Positions 17,149 to 25,414 of a DNA stretch of 64,000 nucleotides are shown here, in pieces. Position 1 is the first letter of the stretch; each line of letters opens with the position of its first letter. Source of the DNA: a phage. The notes beneath the pieces are model-generated. The model was not told the origin of the DNA. It searched no databases and worked only from the letters and a program-made list of their open reading frames with translations. The position numbers and the translations under genes are program-made. The DNA is taken from the sequence record PX880099.1. One strand, given 5' to 3'.

Positions 17149-17706
17149 ATGGGCCGCGAATATGTGATCCAGTCTTGGGTAAAACATGAAGCAGATGATC
17201 CGCGCATCATTCCCGATCATCTTATCGATGAATCCACGGGATATAGTGGTGAGCAAATAGGTAACAGATTAGCACGTAGTAACGGCAACGTAAAAGCGCG
17301 TTATGTGCGCCCTGGCTGGCTGGCAAATGGTAACGCTGATTTATCCAGTGCGGAAGATGCGAGCGACGGCGCGAAAGATAATCCTTTGTACAAAGTTGAT
17401 CCAGCTTTTCGTGTCCTGGATGAATACCCCAGCAAGATAGCGGCGCTCGATCAGGCCCTGGAAAGTAAGCGCATCACCTGGACCGCTTACAACATGGCAA
17501 AAAACGTACTTGATGGTAAATTGATTCAAGCTGAAAGAAAATTAGCCAAAATTGCAGCCATAGCCCAGGAGGAAGACGAGGAGACAACGGAAGAGGAAGA
17601 GTACGAAGAGATCCCGCCGTTGTTGTGTGTTGATGCTTTTCCTGATTATCAGCCGACAGAGGAAGAAAAAAGGATCGCACTAGAAAACTTTGAAAATAGT
17701 CTTTGA
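17149..17706 (+). CDS. hypothetical protein with acidic C-terminal tail
   Basis: 185 aa; ATG after AAAGGTGG. Confidence 0.5.
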   Translation: MGREYVIQSWVKHEADDPRIIPDHLIDESTGYSGEQIGNRLARSNGNVKARYVRPGWLANGNADLSSAEDASDGAKDNPLYKVDPAFRVLDEYPSKIAALDQALESKRITWTAYNMAKNVLDGKLIQAERKLAKIAAIAQEEDEETTEEEEYEEIPPLLCVDAFPDYQPTEEEKRIALENFENSL

Positions 17707-17760
17707 CATATCGCCGCCACTGGCATAATATTTACCACGTAGGGCGGCAATGGTGCCGCT
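17704..17760 (+). promoter_or_regulatory. PeSL-like cassette 4
   Basis: TTGACA-17-TAATAT, hairpin GCGGCA-ATGG-TGCCGC. Confidence 0.65.
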
Positions 17761-17788
17761 CATAGTGAAATTATGCAAGAGGCTTACA

Positions 17789-17884
17789 ATGATTAATAAA
17801 GAAAATAGCTTGACGGTTGGAACGATTAACGCTATCATTCTAGCCGTTCCATTTTGGGTTGTAGTAGCGGCTATTATTTTCTAA
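17789..17884 (+). CDS. hydrophobic micro-protein (31 aa)
   Basis: Hand-translated MINKENSLTVGTINAIILAVPFWVVVAAIIF between two PeSLs. Confidence 0.3.
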   Translation: MINKENSLTVGTINAIILAVPFWVVVAAIIF

Positions 17885-17892
17885 AAATATTC

Positions 17893-17953
17893 TTGACAAC
17901 GTTTTTTAATCTGATAAGATGTATCACGTAGGGCGGCGGAATACTTCCCCGCC
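17893..17953 (+). promoter_or_regulatory. PeSL-like cassette 5
   Basis: TTGACA-16-TAAGAT, hairpin GGCGG(C)GGAA-TAC-TTCCCCGCC. Confidence 0.65.
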
Positions 17954-17974
17954 AAAACAAAAAAGGGTAACACA

Positions 17975-18337
17975 ATGAGCAAGCAAATCAATACTATCAT
18001 GTTTAATCTGGTATCTTTCCGCGATGATATGAAAAATTTACCACGTGAAACGGTTGATATTCATGTTTCAGCTTATCGCGCCCTTATTGACATGTTACCG
18101 CTAAAACGTGATCAACATGCCGCTAATATGATGCTTAATGCTATGCTTAAAAAGATGATTCAAACGGATCTTACTCTGGCGTATGAGTATCAAGGGCGCT
18201 TATATGCGACTTACAACAAAGCGGTACCTGGTCTGGGAAGTACCGAAGAGTTGCACGGCTTAAACCTGGATCAAAACACTTGGGATAGTATGCGCCGCGT
18301 TATGGTATGGGCCGAAAGCGGTAAAATTTACGAATAA
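17975..18337 (+). CDS. small early protein
   Basis: 120 aa ORF. Confidence 0.55.
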   Translation: MSKQINTIMFNLVSFRDDMKNLPRETVDIHVSAYRALIDMLPLKRDQHAANMMLNAMLKKMIQTDLTLAYEYQGRLYATYNKAVPGLGSTEELHGLNLDQNTWDSMRRVMVWAESGKIYE

Positions 18338-18343
18338 AAACGG

Positions 18344-18400
18344 TTGACACTGTTTAAACTTCTGGTATAGTTTATCACGTAGGGCGGCAATGGTGCCGCC
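18344..18400 (+). promoter_or_regulatory. PeSL-like cassette 6
   Basis: TTGACA-16-TATAGT, hairpin GGCGGCA-ATGG-TGCCGCC. Confidence 0.65.
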
Positions 18401-18420
18401 AACAATAAAAGGTTAACATC

Positions 18421-18600
18421 ATGGCTATCATTGCAAAAACTGAGATTATAGGTTTAGATTCGATCCTCCTGGCTTATGAGGAAACTTTAAAAATGTATGT
18501 AGTGACCTATGGTGATTATGTGCGTGAATACGAATACATTGATCTTGCTTTCGAATGTTACATTCGCCAGGTCAATAAAGCCTATAATGATTATCGTTAA
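18421..18600 (+). CDS. small early protein (59 aa)
   Basis: Hand-translated MAIIAKTEIIGLDS...; conserved ATGGCTATC start. Confidence 0.45.
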   Translation: MAIIAKTEIIGLDSILLAYEETLKMYVVTYGDYVREYEYIDLAFECYIRQVNKAYNDYR

Positions 18601-18619
18601 AAGTTTTAGTCTTATACTA

Positions 18620-18671
18620 TTGACAATGAGTGATAGTATAAGCATAATAACTTTTATCGGGAATACTTCCC
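18620..18671 (+). promoter_or_regulatory. PeSL-like cassette 7 (shortened hairpin)
   Basis: TTGACA-17-CATAAT, hairpin GGGAA-TAC-TTCCC. Confidence 0.5.
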
Positions 18672-18697
18672 ACTAACCAAAAAGAGAGAGTGACACC

Positions 18698-19063
18698 ATG
18701 GCTATTAATATCAATGTTTCCGCTTATGCTACCCTGGCTAACACGGCTAAAATTGAATTATCCAGCATTGAGGCGGTGCATATTAGCGCCCGTCGCTGGT
18801 TTCAACAGTCCTACGGTAACACATATTTTTCTTTAATGGTTGACGTTGAGATCGGCGGTAAACTGATCGAGGTGGTTAACGTTCCGTTTCAATATGGCTA
18901 TGGTGATCATTTTGATACCGTCGCCCTGGAAGAATTTAGCAAGGTTATCAACCTTGAGGGCAAGGAATTTTCACGCGGCGCGTATCTTTCCCGTTTTTGC
19001 CGTGACAATGGGATCACTGTATACAGTCATGCAAGCGATGTAAAACGTAAAAAAGATTTATAA
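18698..19063 (+). CDS. small early protein
   Basis: 121 aa ORF, MAIN start. Confidence 0.55.
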   Translation: MAININVSAYATLANTAKIELSSIEAVHISARRWFQQSYGNTYFSLMVDVEIGGKLIEVVNVPFQYGYGDHFDTVALEEFSKVINLEGKEFSRGAYLSRFCRDNGITVYSHASDVKRKKDL

Positions 19064-19069
19064 AAAGCA

Positions 19070-19128
19070 TTGACAGCACGAATAAAAAGAGTAAACTGTA
19101 TTACATAGAGAGCGGGAATAGTTCCCGC
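19070..19128 (+). promoter_or_regulatory. PeSL-like cassette 8
   Basis: TTGACA-16-TAAACT, hairpin GCGGGAA-TAG-TTCCCGC. Confidence 0.65.
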
Positions 19129-19152
19129 CTCATTCAAAGAGAGATTATCATC

Positions 19153-19392
19153 ATGGCTATTACTAAAACTTACAACGGTCACAAAAACAAAACTCACTGG
19201 AATGTAAGCCTTTGGATTAATAACGACGAATCATTATATCGGTTGGCGAAAGAATTTATCGCCGCTAATACTAATCGTAATGATGCTGCCCGTGATATGA
19301 TGTTATTCCTGGAACAAACTGGACAAGATAAAACTCCAGACGGTTTCAAGTATAGCACTACAGCGATCCGCGCCGCGATGGTTGGAATGTAA
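19153..19392 (+). CDS. small early protein
   Basis: 79 aa ORF, MAIT start. Confidence 0.55.
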   Translation: MAITKTYNGHKNKTHWNVSLWINNDESLYRLAKEFIAANTNRNDAARDMMLFLEQTGQDKTPDGFKYSTTAIRAAMVGM

Positions 19393-19401
19393 TAAAAACA
19401 G

Positions 19402-19461
19402 TTGACAACGTTTAAAATTAGTGTAAGATGTATCACATAGGGCGGGAAGTGGTTTCCCGCC
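19402..19461 (+). promoter_or_regulatory. PeSL-like cassette 9
   Basis: TTGACA-16-TAAGAT, hairpin GGCGGGAA-GTGGT-TTCCCGCC. Confidence 0.65.
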
Positions 19462-19483
19462 AACAACAGAGAGATTAAAGATT

Positions 19484-19711
19484 ATGGCTATCAATATTGT
19501 TCGCGTATCCGGCACCGTTGGCACTTCCCAGGTTATTGCAGTTGTAACAAACAAAAAGATTAATGATGTATGTGAGATCTTGAATAAGTGGGCTATTGCT
19601 AATTTTGGGGAATATGCAAGCGTCGAGTACATCGAATCCTACCAGGTGCCAACCATCAGCCTGACCGATCTCAACGTTGATCGCCTGTTATGCCTGGATG
19701 AATTAATCTGA
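19484..19711 (+). CDS. small early protein
   Basis: 75 aa ORF, MAIN start. Confidence 0.55.
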   Translation: MAINIVRVSGTVGTSQVIAVVTNKKINDVCEILNKWAIANFGEYASVEYIESYQVPTISLTDLNVDRLLCLDELI

Positions 19712-19720
19712 AAAAGATTG

Positions 19721-19776
19721 TTGACACGGGAAAGAAAAAGAGTAAACTGTATTACGTAGGGCGGCAATAGTGCCGC
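19721..19776 (+). promoter_or_regulatory. PeSL-like cassette 10
   Basis: TTGACA-16-TAAACT, hairpin GCGGCA-ATAG-TGCCGC. Confidence 0.65.
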
Positions 19777-19801
19777 TCACAACAGAAGAGAGATTATCAC
19801 G

Positions 19802-20014
19802 ATGGCTAATATCCGCACACTGTTAAAAAATGCAAGTCAAGTTTTATTTTCTGATCACGATCATTTTAATAAAGATATTACAGGCGTGAAGAATATCAAA
19901 GATGTAAAAAGTGTTATGGGTATATATTGCAATGTTAAACGTGTTGGAACGTTCGGTGATAAAGTATTGTACCAATCAGGTGATTACAATTTTACTTTGA
20001 CGATTATTTCATAA
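19802..20014 (+). CDS. small early protein
   Basis: 70 aa ORF. Confidence 0.55.
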   Translation: MANIRTLLKNASQVLFSDHDHFNKDITGVKNIKDVKSVMGIYCNVKRVGTFGDKVLYQSGDYNFTLTIIS

Positions 20015-20019
20015 AACGC

Positions 20020-20081
20020 TTGCAATACTGCAAAAATAAAGTAAACTGTATTACATCAAGGCGGCGGAATGGTCCACCGCC
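20020..20081 (+). promoter_or_regulatory. PeSL-like cassette 11
   Basis: TTGCAA-16-TAAACT, hairpin GGCGGCGGA-ATGG-TCCACCGCC. Confidence 0.6.
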
Positions 20082-20105
20082 TAACAAAGAGAAGAGGAAA
20101 ATATT

Positions 20106-20273
20106 ATGATCACTTTCGCTACCCGTGAAGCCGCTCGCAACGTTGCACGTAAAGTTAACGCCGCCAACCTGGGCGCTACGCTTAAAGCCCCTGTAAAAGA
20201 TGAATCAGGAAAATGGATCTTCCCTGGTCTACGTCATGCTGACAAGTTAGGTACTTTAAGCCTTAAAAAATAA
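20106..20273 (+). CDS. small early protein (55 aa)
   Basis: Hand-translated MITFATREAARNVARKVNAANLG...; shares its first 16 nt with the gene at 20526. Confidence 0.45.
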   Translation: MITFATREAARNVARKVNAANLGATLKAPVKDESGKWIFPGLRHADKLGTLSLKK

Positions 20274-20276
20274 TCG

Positions 20277-20313
20277 TTGACTTTTCGTTATAGCGCCTTA
20301 TAATGGGCGCTAT
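20277..20313 (+). promoter_or_regulatory. promoter with palindrome overlapping the -10 (operator-like)
   Basis: TTGACT-16-TATAAT; inverted repeat ATAGCGCC-N8-GGCGCTAT spans the -10. Confidence 0.45.
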
Positions 20314-20350
20314 AGAGAAGAGAAACCAGTCACAACAGAGAGAAAATATC

Positions 20351-20512
20351 ATGACCAATAAAGAAAAAGCCATCATTAAAGCACATTATCCACATCTAAC
20401 ATTACGTTTTAAAGCCGATGGATCTGTTATGGCCTCCAGTGGGCGCGGGTATGCTTACGGTTTACTTTACACCGCACAACAAGCGCAAGATCATTTAAAC
20501 GCAGTAAAATAA
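20351..20512 (+). CDS. small early protein (53 aa)
   Basis: ATG (MTNKEKAII) after AGAGAGA; track start is upstream read-through. Confidence 0.45.
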   Translation: MTNKEKAIIKAHYPHLTLRFKADGSVMASSGRGYAYGLLYTAQQAQDHLNAVK

Positions 20513-20525
20513 CAAGGAAACCATT

Positions 20526-20747
20526 ATGATCACTTTCGCTATTGTCGCCGTTGTTGCTGGTCAAGTTTACGTAAATGAGACATTTACTACAGAAGACAAG
20601 GCAGCAGGAGATATAACCGCCGTTTACAATGAGTGCAAGGCAGTAGAAAGGATGTTAGCGCCTTGTATGCTAATGAGTGAACGCCAGGACGGAATAACAG
20701 TATTTACTAACATTGGAACAGGGTACCAAATGGTAGTAACAAAATAA
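20526..20747 (+). CDS. small early protein
   Basis: 73 aa ORF, hydrophobic N-terminus MITFAIVAVVAG. Confidence 0.5.
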   Translation: MITFAIVAVVAGQVYVNETFTTEDKAAGDITAVYNECKAVERMLAPCMLMSERQDGITVFTNIGTGYQMVVTK

Positions 20748-20750
20748 AGC

Positions 20751-20807
20751 TTGACACCGATTTAATTTTTAGTAAACTGTTACAGGTAGGGCGGGAATAG
20801 TTCCCGC
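20751..20807 (+). promoter_or_regulatory. PeSL-like cassette 13
   Basis: TTGACA-16-TAAACT, hairpin GCGGGAA-TAG-TTCCCGC. Confidence 0.65.
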
Positions 20808-20826
20808 TCAAAAAGAGAGAAAGACC

Positions 20827-21180
20827 ATGAAAGCACAAAATGCAATTAAAGAGTACATCCTTGCCGCTATCGATTTTAATGATTACGGTATTACAACCGA
20901 AAAAGAGAAGATCGCGGAATTGATGCGCCGTTTTAATTCCGAGTACTGGTACCCTGATAACCAATCACGTTTTAATTATAGTATTGTTAAAGCACTTGCA
21001 TCATGGTTACAAGGTTTGCCATCAGATATCAATATCGCTTTCGAATATTGGGAAATTGATCGCTTGTTAACATCCTGGGGATACATTAAAGAGAATAGCA
21101 GCGATGATAAAATCCAACGAGAAAGGGAAAATTATTGGCTTTATATTGCAGGCGTGATCCTTGCTTGCTCTTATGAATGA
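20827..21180 (+). CDS. small early protein
   Basis: 117 aa ORF. Confidence 0.55.
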   Translation: MKAQNAIKEYILAAIDFNDYGITTEKEKIAELMRRFNSEYWYPDNQSRFNYSIVKALASWLQGLPSDINIAFEYWEIDRLLTSWGYIKENSSDDKIQRERENYWLYIAGVILACSYE

Positions 21181-21186
21181 TAAACC

Positions 21187-21240
21187 TTGACAATTTTACA
21201 AAACAGTTTAAATTAACAATATAGCGGCAATGGTGCCGCT
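21187..21240 (+). promoter_or_regulatory. PeSL-like cassette 14
   Basis: TTGACA-16-TAAATT, hairpin AGCGGCA-ATGG-TGCCGCT. Confidence 0.6.
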
Positions 21241-21259
21241 CATATGAAGAGGAAACAAA

Positions 21260-21406
21260 ATGAATACATCTAATCGCGCAGAAAAAATTCAATCTTCCAA
21301 GATCCGCAAAGCCTGGAACGAGGAAGTGATCCGCAAAGGCGACAAGCGTAATAAAACAAAGCGCGGGAAGAGTGACAAATATAATTGGATGGATTTAGAG
21401 GATTAA
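21260..21406 (+). CDS. small basic protein (48 aa)
   Basis: Hand-translated MNTSNRAEKIQSSKIRKAWN... Confidence 0.4.
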   Translation: MNTSNRAEKIQSSKIRKAWNEEVIRKGDKRNKTKRGKSDKYNWMDLED

Positions 21407-21414
21407 CATAACAA

Positions 21415-21440
21415 GGGCGCATCAAGCGCCCTTTCTTTTT
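21415..21440 (+). terminator. rho-independent terminator
   Basis: GGGCGC-ATCAA-GCGCCC followed by TTTCTTTTT. Confidence 0.65.
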
Positions 21441-21461
21441 ACATGTAGAGGATAAACAAAA

Positions 21462-21647
21462 ATGACTTTAAACGAGCTTAAAACAGCCTACAACGCAACA
21501 TTAAAAATAGCCGTGCGTTACCGTGATGCGTATGGTTTTATCGCGCAGGGCGTGATCCTGGGCTTTTCTGACGATGGTTTGATCTATGTTGATGCACATC
21601 ACAACAAGGTTAAACCTGAAAACGTCATTAGCATAAAATATCTTTAA
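21462..21647 (+). CDS. small early protein
   Basis: 61 aa ORF. Confidence 0.5.
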   Translation: MTLNELKTAYNATLKIAVRYRDAYGFIAQGVILGFSDDGLIYVDAHHNKVKPENVISIKYL

Positions 21648-21653
21648 AAACGG

Positions 21654-21709
21654 TTGACAGCATAACCAAGTATGATAAGATGTATCACATAGGGCGGGAA
21701 TAGTTCCCG
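21654..21709 (+). promoter_or_regulatory. PeSL-like cassette 15
   Basis: TTGACA-16-TAAGAT, hairpin CGGGAA-TAG-TTCCCG. Confidence 0.6.
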
Positions 21710-21732
21710 ACCACATAAAAGAGAAAAACATT

Positions 21733-21945
21733 ATGACCACTATCACAACAAAACAAGAAAAAATTATTACAGACATTGCCGCAGTAGCCGCTATTGCTAT
21801 TATTGGTACCTACTATGACACCGCGCGACCTTCCTCCTTACATGAGATCGCCGCCGTTGCATCAGTTGGCGTACTGTTTTACGTTGGTAAACGCTATTTA
21901 TCACCAATGATTAACAAGCTGACACCGTGGAAAAATAAAGGTTGA
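21733..21945 (+). CDS. small membrane protein
   Basis: 70 aa, hydrophobic core IAAVAAIAIIGTYY...VGVLFYVG. Confidence 0.5.
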   Translation: MTTITTKQEKIITDIAAVAAIAIIGTYYDTARPSSLHEIAAVASVGVLFYVGKRYLSPMINKLTPWKNKG

Positions 21946-21996
21946 TCCTGTTTTATATTGTGTTATAGTTATCGTGTAGGGCGGCAATGGTGCCGC
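21942..21996 (+). promoter_or_regulatory. PeSL-like cassette 16
   Basis: TTGATC-16-TATAGT, hairpin GCGGCA-ATGG-TGCCGC. Confidence 0.6.
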
Positions 21997-22016
21997 GCCC
22001 CTTTGAGGATGCAATC

Positions 22017-22301
22017 ATGCGTAAAGCTAACACCGTGCTAATGTTTTCCCTGATTAATAATGCCGCTTACTTGTCCAACATGACGCAGGAGGGTAACACA
22101 TTAACGGCAACATTCACCAATAAGCTTGACCGAGTGATCATAATCTCACTGAAAACAGTTAGTAAAGGCTTTTACTCGTTAGCTTATCATTGTATCACTG
22201 ACACCGACGAGACAAGCCAGGACTATAGCGCCCCTTTCCCTGAATCAATGGCACGGGAGATCATCGCCGCCGTTGTAAATGATGGTTTGTTTACTGCATA
22301 A
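22017..22301 (+). CDS. small early protein
   Basis: Start at ATG (MRKANTV); track extension is hairpin read-through. Confidence 0.5.
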   Translation: MRKANTVLMFSLINNAAYLSNMTQEGNTLTATFTNKLDRVIIISLKTVSKGFYSLAYHCITDTDETSQDYSAPFPESMAREIIAAVVNDGLFTA

Positions 22302-22318
22302 AATAATTCAGAAAAGGC

Positions 22319-22375
22319 TTGCAATAATTTTCAGACCGTGTATATTTAATTCATAGGGCGGCGGGAATAGTTTCC
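22319..22375 (+). promoter_or_regulatory. PeSL-like cassette 17 (degenerate hairpin)
   Basis: TTGCAA-16-TATATT, weak GGAA..TTCC stem. Confidence 0.4.
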
Positions 22376-22398
22376 TAAGCAAACGAGAGGATTACACG

Positions 22399-22518
22399 AT
22401 GAGCAAGTATACAGTAGAATACACGGTAGAAAATCCGGCAGTATCCGAAGGTAAAAAGATGACATTTGCCATCAGTATAATCGCTTTCGTTATCACTATC
22501 TTATCAATCATCTTATAA
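22399..22518 (+). CDS. hydrophobic micro-protein (39 aa)
   Basis: Hand-translated MSKYTVEYTVENPAVSEGKKMTFAISIIAFVITILSIIL. Confidence 0.35.
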   Translation: MSKYTVEYTVENPAVSEGKKMTFAISIIAFVITILSIIL

Positions 22519-22528
22519 GGTGCGTACT

Positions 22529-22690
22529 ATGAAAACAACAGACATTATCAAAGAGATCGCCCTTGCCGCTGACGTTGAGATCGAGGAAGTGATCGCGCTC
22601 AACCTTACAGAAAACGATCTGCGCAACTATGAAGCGGAAAGCGTGAAAGCAAGCGGCGCGGTCCTGGCATATAATCCGGCTAACAAGTAA
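22529..22690 (+). CDS. small protein (53 aa)
   Basis: Hand-translated MKTTDIIKEIALAADVEIEEV... Confidence 0.4.
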   Translation: MKTTDIIKEIALAADVEIEEVIALNLTENDLRNYEAESVKASGAVLAYNPANK

Positions 22691-22699
22691 GGGGATAAC

Positions 22700-22810
22700 A
22701 TGAATCCAAAAGATATGCAAGCATGGAAAGGGTACGACGATCTAAGCGCCTTGCGCAATAAGTCAAGCCGTAACCTTAGACGGTTGGAAGCAAAGAAAAA
22801 GAAAAAATAG
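22700..22810 (+). CDS. small basic protein (36 aa)
   Basis: Hand-translated MNPKDMQAWKGYDDLSALRNK...KKKKK. Confidence 0.3.
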   Translation: MNPKDMQAWKGYDDLSALRNKSSRNLRRLEAKKKKK

Positions 22811-22811
22811 T

Positions 22812-22867
22812 TTGACAAGTCCGCCTAGTCTGATAATATGTATCTTGTAGGGCGGCAATGGTGCCGC
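22812..22867 (+). promoter_or_regulatory. PeSL-like cassette 18
   Basis: TTGACA-16-TAATAT, hairpin GCGGCA-ATGG-TGCCGC. Confidence 0.65.
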
Positions 22868-22888
22868 TCACAAGAAGAGAGAAAAATC

Positions 22889-23173
22889 ATGAAAATCACA
22901 AAAAGCCTAACTAATTATGCAGCACGTCGCGGATTATGTTTAACCGTTGAAAACTTAGGGAAAGAAGACTTTTTGTGTTTTTGGGAGCTTGAAAATGATT
23001 GCGAGTGGATGTTTTCTTATTCTATCTGCGAAGATCAAAACGGTTGTTTGTTAACCTGGCGCGGTAATATCTATTTACCGGAAGAAATTAAAGAAGAGTT
23101 ACCAGGTACGATCATGACAGAGAGACAGCTTAAGGAAGTGATCAATTTTGTAGGGCAAAACATTAAAAAATAA
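22889..23173 (+). CDS. small early protein
   Basis: Start at ATG (MKITKSL). Confidence 0.5.
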   Translation: MKITKSLTNYAARRGLCLTVENLGKEDFLCFWELENDCEWMFSYSICEDQNGCLLTWRGNIYLPEEIKEELPGTIMTERQLKEVINFVGQNIKK

Positions 23174-23174
23174 T

Positions 23175-23235
23175 TTGACAGTAGGCAAACAACGTAGTAA
23201 AGTTTATTACATAGAGCGGCGGAATGGTCCACCGC
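23175..23235 (+). promoter_or_regulatory. PeSL-like cassette 19
   Basis: TTGACA-17-TAAAGT, hairpin GCGGCGG-AATGGT-CCACCGC. Confidence 0.6.
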
Positions 23236-23258
23236 TCACAACAGAAGAGAAACAAATC

Positions 23259-23429
23259 ATGATCCCGACTATGTTTTATGTATCGCGCAAAGGTCACAAT
23301 ATTTTTTGGTCTGAAGATTTAAATGAAGCTATGACGTTTGCCCGTGATCGTGTTGCTATCGGTGGCGTTAATATCACCGTGACCGATGAAAACGGCATTG
23401 AATACTATAACGGCGATGATGAAGAGTAA
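23259..23429 (+). CDS. small early protein (56 aa)
   Basis: Start at ATG (MIPTMFYV). Confidence 0.45.
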   Translation: MIPTMFYVSRKGHNIFWSEDLNEAMTFARDRVAIGGVNITVTDENGIEYYNGDDEE

Positions 23430-23473
23430 TCAACAAGGCGGGATTAATTCCGCCTATATTAAAGGGTAATACA

Positions 23474-23611
23474 ATGAAAACTTTCAACGCAACAGCCTCG
23501 ACAATTGGTTATATTATTACAGTGCAAGCCGTGGATCTGGTAGCAGCAGCAAACAAGATTAAAAAGATGATCCCGCCAGGTAGTGAATTTTCCGTTTGGG
23601 AAGTAAAATAA
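23474..23611 (+). CDS. small protein (45 aa)
   Basis: Hand-translated MKTFNATASTIGYIITVQAV... Confidence 0.35.
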   Translation: MKTFNATASTIGYIITVQAVDLVAAANKIKKMIPPGSEFSVWEVK

Positions 23612-23614
23612 ACC

Positions 23615-23676
23615 TTGACAATAATTTGTTATCTGGTAAAGTGTATTACGTAGGGCGGGGCAATGGTGCAACGCCC
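23615..23676 (+). promoter_or_regulatory. PeSL-like cassette 20 (variant hairpin)
   Basis: TTGACA-16-TAAAGT, hairpin GGGCG-N13-CGCCC. Confidence 0.5.
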
Positions 23677-23694
23677 ATTAATGAGGGTAGAATC

Positions 23695-23799
23695 ATGTTA
23701 GAGAAAATTTTCACGGTTGTAATAGTGGGCCTGGCGTTATCGGTTGGAGTGGTTGCAACTATGGCTAACATGATCCTATCTTCCCACGGTATCGGTTAA
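23695..23799 (+). CDS. hydrophobic micro-protein (34 aa)
   Basis: MLEKIFTVVIVGLALSVGVVATMANMILSSHGIG. Confidence 0.35.
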   Translation: MLEKIFTVVIVGLALSVGVVATMANMILSSHGIG

Positions 23800-23809
23800 G
23801 GTGAAACAA

Positions 23810-23971
23810 ATGATCACGAACAAAACAGGCAAAACGGAATTTTTACGCGGCTTACAAGTTGGTAAGCCTGAGATCTGGCATTGCACGAAGTCCGCGCATA
23901 ATGAAATGAAAGATTTCACCGCTACTTTACAACGTGTTAAAATATCTATTACGCAGAAAAAGCCTTATTAG
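23810..23971 (+). CDS. small protein (53 aa)
   Basis: Hand-translated MITNKTGKTEFLRGLQVGKP..., SD AAGGTGA. Confidence 0.4.
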   Translation: MITNKTGKTEFLRGLQVGKPEIWHCTKSAHNEMKDFTATLQRVKISITQKKPY

Positions 23972-24020
23972 TAGTAGAAAACGAGATCCCGCAAACCATT
24001 ATTATTGTCGAGCGTACAGC

Positions 24021-24407
24021 ATGAAAACAGAAATCATTAACGAAATCATCAACGGCTATAAAGAAGCCTTTATTTTTGCTGAATCAGCAAGGGATCATGA
24101 AGGTAATTTTATAGATGACATGACTGATTATGATTTTTCAGATCAAGCCCATCAACGGATCGCCCAGGATGTAACAGCCTTTATTAATGCTAATCTTGCC
24201 GCTATCTCTGAGGCAATGAGCGACGGCGCAACAGCCAACCAGATCGGGAATGATTTACATTTTACCCGTAACGGTCACGGCGTAGGATTTTGGGATCGCC
24301 CTGAAATATACACCACTAACACGGCGAACCGCCTAACAAATGCAGCTAAGTTTATGCCGAACGTGTCGGCTTACATTGGTGAAGATAATTTGATTTATAT
24401 TGAATAA
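24021..24407 (+). CDS. hypothetical protein
   Basis: 128 aa from ATG (MKTEIINEI); weak RBS. Confidence 0.45.
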   Translation: MKTEIINEIINGYKEAFIFAESARDHEGNFIDDMTDYDFSDQAHQRIAQDVTAFINANLAAISEAMSDGATANQIGNDLHFTRNGHGVGFWDRPEIYTTNTANRLTNAAKFMPNVSAYIGEDNLIYIE

Positions 24408-24413
24408 AAAGTA

Positions 24414-24470
24414 TTGACACAGATCGCCAGTGTGCTAATATTTACCACGTAGGGCGGCAATGGTGCCGCC
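24414..24470 (+). promoter_or_regulatory. PeSL-like cassette 21
   Basis: TTGACA-16-TAATAT, hairpin GGCGGCA-ATGG-TGCCGCC. Confidence 0.65.
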
Positions 24471-24488
24471 GATAATGAGGAAAATAAA

Positions 24489-24788
24489 ATGGAAACTATC
24501 GCTATTGTTACCGTAGAAAAACTGGTTGTTGGTGATGTGTTCGCGTTAATGGTGCCTAACAGCAGCAAACTGGGCGCTTATGAAGTGATGGACCATAAAA
24601 ATGAATCATTTGGCGACGGTTGCACAATGGCGGTAAAATCCTTAAAGGATGGAATCATCCGCCAGGCTAACTGGCACAAAGGGAATCAAGTCGGTTTAAT
24701 ATCAGCTAATTTCTTGCCAGAAGAGCAAACGTTAGACCAACTATCAGGCGGTAAGACGTTAGCCGAACTACTGGAAACAGCGATCTAA
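24489..24788 (+). CDS. small early protein
   Basis: 99 aa ORF. Confidence 0.55.
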   Translation: METIAIVTVEKLVVGDVFALMVPNSSKLGAYEVMDHKNESFGDGCTMAVKSLKDGIIRQANWHKGNQVGLISANFLPEEQTLDQLSGGKTLAELLETAI

Positions 24789-24796
24789 TCAACAAA

Positions 24797-24812
24797 GGGG
24801 CGGCAACGCCCC
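24797..24812 (+). other. GNRA-loop hairpin (GGGGCG-GCAA-CGCCCC), intergenic
   Basis: Same design as 25079-25094; no T-tract, so RNA stability or processing element rather than a classical terminator. Confidence 0.45.
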
Positions 24813-24832
24813 ACATCAGAAAGGAAAAGATT

Positions 24833-25069
24833 ATGAGTATTGCAACAGTATTAAACGCCGTTAAAACCGCTGAATCATCCGGCTTGCATGTTGAGCTTAT
24901 AGATCAACCAGGTGGCGATCTCCTTGTCCAGGTTTACCCGCCGAAAGTAGGGGATGATTATTATTGGGCTTATTCTGATACGTTCGAACAAGTAGACACG
25001 AAAGCGATCACGGCTTTTATTTTAAAAGCTATTGAAGAAAATAACTTTCATCATAACATCAATCAATAA
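24833..25069 (+). CDS. small early protein
   Basis: 78 aa ORF, SD AAAGGAAAAG. Confidence 0.55.
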   Translation: MSIATVLNAVKTAESSGLHVELIDQPGGDLLVQVYPPKVGDDYYWAYSDTFEQVDTKAITAFILKAIEENNFHHNINQ

Positions 25070-25078
25070 ACCATAAGC

Positions 25079-25094
25079 GGGGCGGTAACGCCCC
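25079..25094 (+). other. GNRA-loop hairpin (GGGGCG-GTAA-CGCCCC), intergenic
   Basis: Paralogous to 24797-24812. Confidence 0.45.
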
Positions 25095-25123
25095 ATTAAA
25101 CGCAATAGGAAGAGGATAGACGC

Positions 25124-25414
25124 ATGAAAAACATGATCGCAGTAGTTGCCCTAGTTGTTGGTATTAACGCGCCTGTACTGGCTAATGAGTTGTCAGAATC
25201 CATCACGCTAACCGATATCAACGCAATAAACCGGATCGGCGTTAATTATCGCCTATGCCTTGCCGCTAAAACTTTCCAGGACGGCACGACAGAATACCAC
25301 GGATTCGAGGGTATCCGCTGCGGTGAGCTTGCACGCGACCTTAAAGAAGATCCAGACCTTGAGGCCATACCGATGACCGTAAACGGTAAAGCTTACGTAA
25401 ACCGCCAACAATGA
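25124..25414 (+). CDS. secreted small protein (signal peptide)
   Basis: MKNMIAVVALVVGINAPVLA signal-like N-terminus. Confidence 0.55.
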   Translation: MKNMIAVVALVVGINAPVLANELSESITLTDINAINRIGVNYRLCLAAKTFQDGTTEYHGFEGIRCGELARDLKEDPDLEAIPMTVNGKAYVNRQQ

